64,000 bases of DNA, taken from NCBI RefSeq assembly GCF_027347335.1, contig NZ_DAIEQX010000066.1; one strand, written 5' to 3'. The notes beneath the pieces are model-generated. The model was not told the DNA's origin. It did no database searches and worked only from the letters and a program-made list of their open reading frames with translations. Numbering within the stretch: position 1 is the stretch's first letter; each line of letters opens with the position of its first letter. A program made the translations under genes and the position numbers. Shown piece after piece: positions 61,740-64,000 of the stretch. The DNA comes from Hydrotalea sp. Its GTDB lineage: Bacteria > Bacteroidota > Bacteroidia > Chitinophagales > Chitinophagaceae.

Positions 61740-63083
61740 TTAACCTTCCTTCAGCACACTTACTTTTCGAACTACTAAATAAGCAACACCAAAACTAAGT
61801 ATTGCAATCCCCGAAAGAGACGCATAACCCAAATAATGTTGTAAAGGGGCACTTACAAAACTGCCCATAACCGAAGCAATAGCTAAAATAGCATTGAATA
61901 AACCCATCGTAGCTCCCTTACTATACGGCGATAGTTTTACAACCAAATCTGTGCCTGAAATACTGATTAATGGCCAGGTAATCACCAATACAATAAATCC
62001 CGGAATGGCCACATATTCTTTTCCAAAAGGAAGAAAAAAAGCGCCGAACAATAAGGCAAATCCTGCCAGTCGCATCATCAAAGCAGCCCGGTAAACTTTA
62101 TTGCTACCCCATTTTGCAGATAGCTTTCCGCCATACGTATATAAAATTATAGCAGCCGCCGAAAACACTCCATATATTAAAGAGGTTAATGATGGCGATA
62201 CATTATAAGCATGTTTTAAGGTTACCGGTAAATATGCAAAAAAAGAAGAAATGCCAAAACACAACAAAAACCAGGAAACCATAAAGCGTCCAAATGGTGT
62301 GGTTGTTTTGGTTTTAATAGCGCCAATGGTTTCATATATTTTAATAAAAGAAAAATGAAGTGTGTTGCTATACATTTCCATTCGGGCAAAAGAGCCCAAA
62401 TAGTGTATGTCGGTTATTTTGAGTAATTTTTCTTTCAATGCAGTTAATGAAATATGTGGTACTTCCTGTTTTGGAATAGTTTTTCTAACTATCAGCAGTG
62501 CCGGTATTAAGATACTGGCAGCTGCAATAAAGCCTACGCGTATATTTATTACAACAGCACTGGCCATTAATAAACCCATTACCTGGCCAACCCTATAAAA
62601 GGTTTGTAACCATGCAATGCGGGCTTCCCATTCTTTCTGCGGATTAAACTCTACCACAAAAAGTGTGGCAACGGTTGTAGTTGCCGCAACAGAGGCGCCA
62701 GCCAAAAAAGCCAGCAACATCCAAATCCACAATGCATTAAAATAGGTAATACTTATTCCTACCAACATCAATAGCACTATCCCTGAAAAAAATAAAAGGC
62801 GGTGTATCTGGTACTTATCAGCCAATCGCCCCCAAATAAATGAACACAGTAATCCCAAATTGTAAGCGCCTAAAACAATACCCACCCAACTTAATTGATG
62901 CGATAAATCTGCTACCATTAATGGTAATAAAATGGGCAGTAATCCGGCAGCAATAATTCCAACCAGTGCATAACCATAATACCATTGTACCACCCAGCGG
63001 CGTGATTCCTGTAAATATTGGATAACCCGGTCTATTCTTAGTTCAATTCTTTTTTTAATGAACACTTCTTTATTCAAAAACAT
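61740..63083 (-). CDS. MFS transporter
   Basis: 447 aa, ~12 TM, with a GRLADK-type loop motif (WGRLADKYQIHR). Confidence 0.75.
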   Translation of the reverse strand: MFLNKEVFIKKRIELRIDRVIQYLQESRRWVVQWYYGYALVGIIAAGLLPILLPLMVADLSHQLSWVGIVLGAYNLGLLCSFIWGRLADKYQIHRLLFFSGIVLLMLVGISITYFNALWIWMLLAFLAGASVAATTTVATLFVVEFNPQKEWEARIAWLQTFYRVGQVMGLLMASAVVINIRVGFIAAASILIPALLIVRKTIPKQEVPHISLTALKEKLLKITDIHYLGSFARMEMYSNTLHFSFIKIYETIGAIKTKTTTPFGRFMVSWFLLCFGISSFFAYLPVTLKHAYNVSPSLTSLIYGVFSAAAIILYTYGGKLSAKWGSNKVYRAALMMRLAGFALLFGAFFLPFGKEYVAIPGFIVLVITWPLISISGTDLVVKLSPYSKGATMGLFNAILAIASVMGSFVSAPLQHYLGYASLSGIAILSFGVAYLVVRKVSVLKEG

Positions 63084-63275
63084 GCAAATAACATTTTACC
63101 ATTCAACAAATGCTAACCAATTGCAGCAATGCAGTAATAAAAAAATTAATTTCAGGATGTAGTGGTGTGTTCACAATATAATAAAAAACAATTGATTTTT
63201 TTGCTTTCTGCATCAACAAAAAGCTAAAATTTGAAGATAGATATCACCCATTATGGGTATGCAAAGTAGCAGGGT

Positions 63276-64000
63276 TTACTTCAATTGATTATTTTGTACA
63301 ATCTGCCCTATTACCTGCTGCAAAGCATTTGGCGGCAGGGTTAAATGGTGGTGATACTGCGGTTTTGCCCATATATCGGGTAAAACACCTTTGCCATTTT
63401 TGAGTCTTGCCCTATCTAATACAACCCGATACATGGGCAATGTGATGCGCAGTTTAGAATTAGGTAATTGAATGTGCGGCAAAAACAATGCATTGTTACC
63501 ATAATAAGCCCCACCGGAAGGCGTTCCGGCAATCAATACATTTTGCTGTCCTTTTAATGCAGCGGTGAACATGGCAGCGGCAGAAAATGTATACCCATCT
63601 TGCAACACATAAATCTGACCATTATAATGGTTTTTGTTTTTGGGATGATACACATGGTTTTCGATACGGCTGGCATGAAAAAAACCATCAGCTCCTCTTA
63701 CAGAGCCAAACTGCATCGGAAACCAATACAACCACCATGGAACGATGTAACGCTTATCCCACATGGTTTTGTGTAAGGATACCGCCGTGTCGGCCACTTT
63801 AAATGGTTGCCGTATTAAGTATTTGGTGAGCAACACCGACTTATTCACATTGCCGCCACCATTGCCTCTTACATCTACCATTAAGTTTGGAATATTTTTT
63901 TGGCGCAATGTTCGGAAAGAACGGCGAAAAAAGCCTCTTAATCGGCCACCACTAAAACTGCTTACGTGCATATAAGCAAGCTTGTGTAAAGTATCTATTT
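63276..64000 (-). CDS. S41-family (C-terminal processing) peptidase, 5' end beyond the window
   Basis: VDVRGNGGGN and FSAAAMF/GTPSGGA S41 motifs. The frame stays open upstream of the ORF-track Met to nt 64000. Confidence 0.75.
   Translation of the reverse strand, partial: IDTLHKLAYMHVSSFSGGRLRGFFRRSFRTLRQKNIPNLMVDVRGNGGGNVNKSVLLTKYLIRQPFKVADTAVSLHKTMWDKRYIVPWWLYWFPMQFGSVRGADGFFHASRIENHVYHPKNKNHYNGQIYVLQDGYTFSAAAMFTAALKGQQNVLIAGTPSGGAYYGNNALFLPHIQLPNSKLRITLPMYRVVLDRARLKNGKGVLPDIWAKPQYHHHLTLPPNALQQVIGQIVQNNQLK

Overview
This 64-kb segment is densely coded on both strands and looks like a Bacteroidota chromosome (Chitinophagaceae/Sphingobacteriia-like). The taxonomic guess rests on a Rho with a long N-terminal insertion, TAnnTTTG-type -7 boxes, twin-arginine Gfo/Idh/MocA + DUF1080 clusters and an ArsR-MerTP-MerA mercury operon. 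GC is roughly 40% by eye; I did not compute it.

Housekeeping genes: gpsA (5'-truncated), tRNA-Phe, asnS, rho, rmuC, kdsB, dnaN, recX.

Accessory modules, in order:
- a HAD-phosphatase/GT20 fusion next to gpsA
- an acyl-CoA thioesterase plus an uncharacterised 600-aa protein
- selU-selD
- a GH32 enzyme
- an arsR-merTP-merA operon with a perfect palindromic operator
- a PF04392-type ABC transporter
- a periplasmic oxidoreductase / DUF1080 / sugar-isomerase / SDR / clan-D GH cluster
- a TPP-riboswitch-controlled thiS-C-D-E-G-H-F operon that ends in an unknown beta-barrel gene
- gntP plus glycerate 2-kinase
- a Zn-ribbon gene, an SSB lacking the acidic tail, and a Pif1-like helicase with HRDC and HTH domains

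Main observations:
1. The ~9-kb thiamine module lies between the intact 3' end of gntP and a diverged ~120-bp relic copy of that same 3' end. This looks like an insertion or recombination scar, but no integrase is recognisable.
2. At least four genes are decayed: queD, a GH78-like hydrolase, an SRPBCC gene and a DUF1801 gene. Much of the damage is in-frame nonsense codons, some of which would fit GC->AT change (for example TGG->TGA).
3. A CAGGTA(AAA) motif is strongly over-represented around the Zn-ribbon/ssb pair and upstream of the helicase.

I found no CRISPR array, rRNA, transposase, integrase or obvious defence system. I cannot point to a clearly novel multi-gene system here; the findings are ranked leads.
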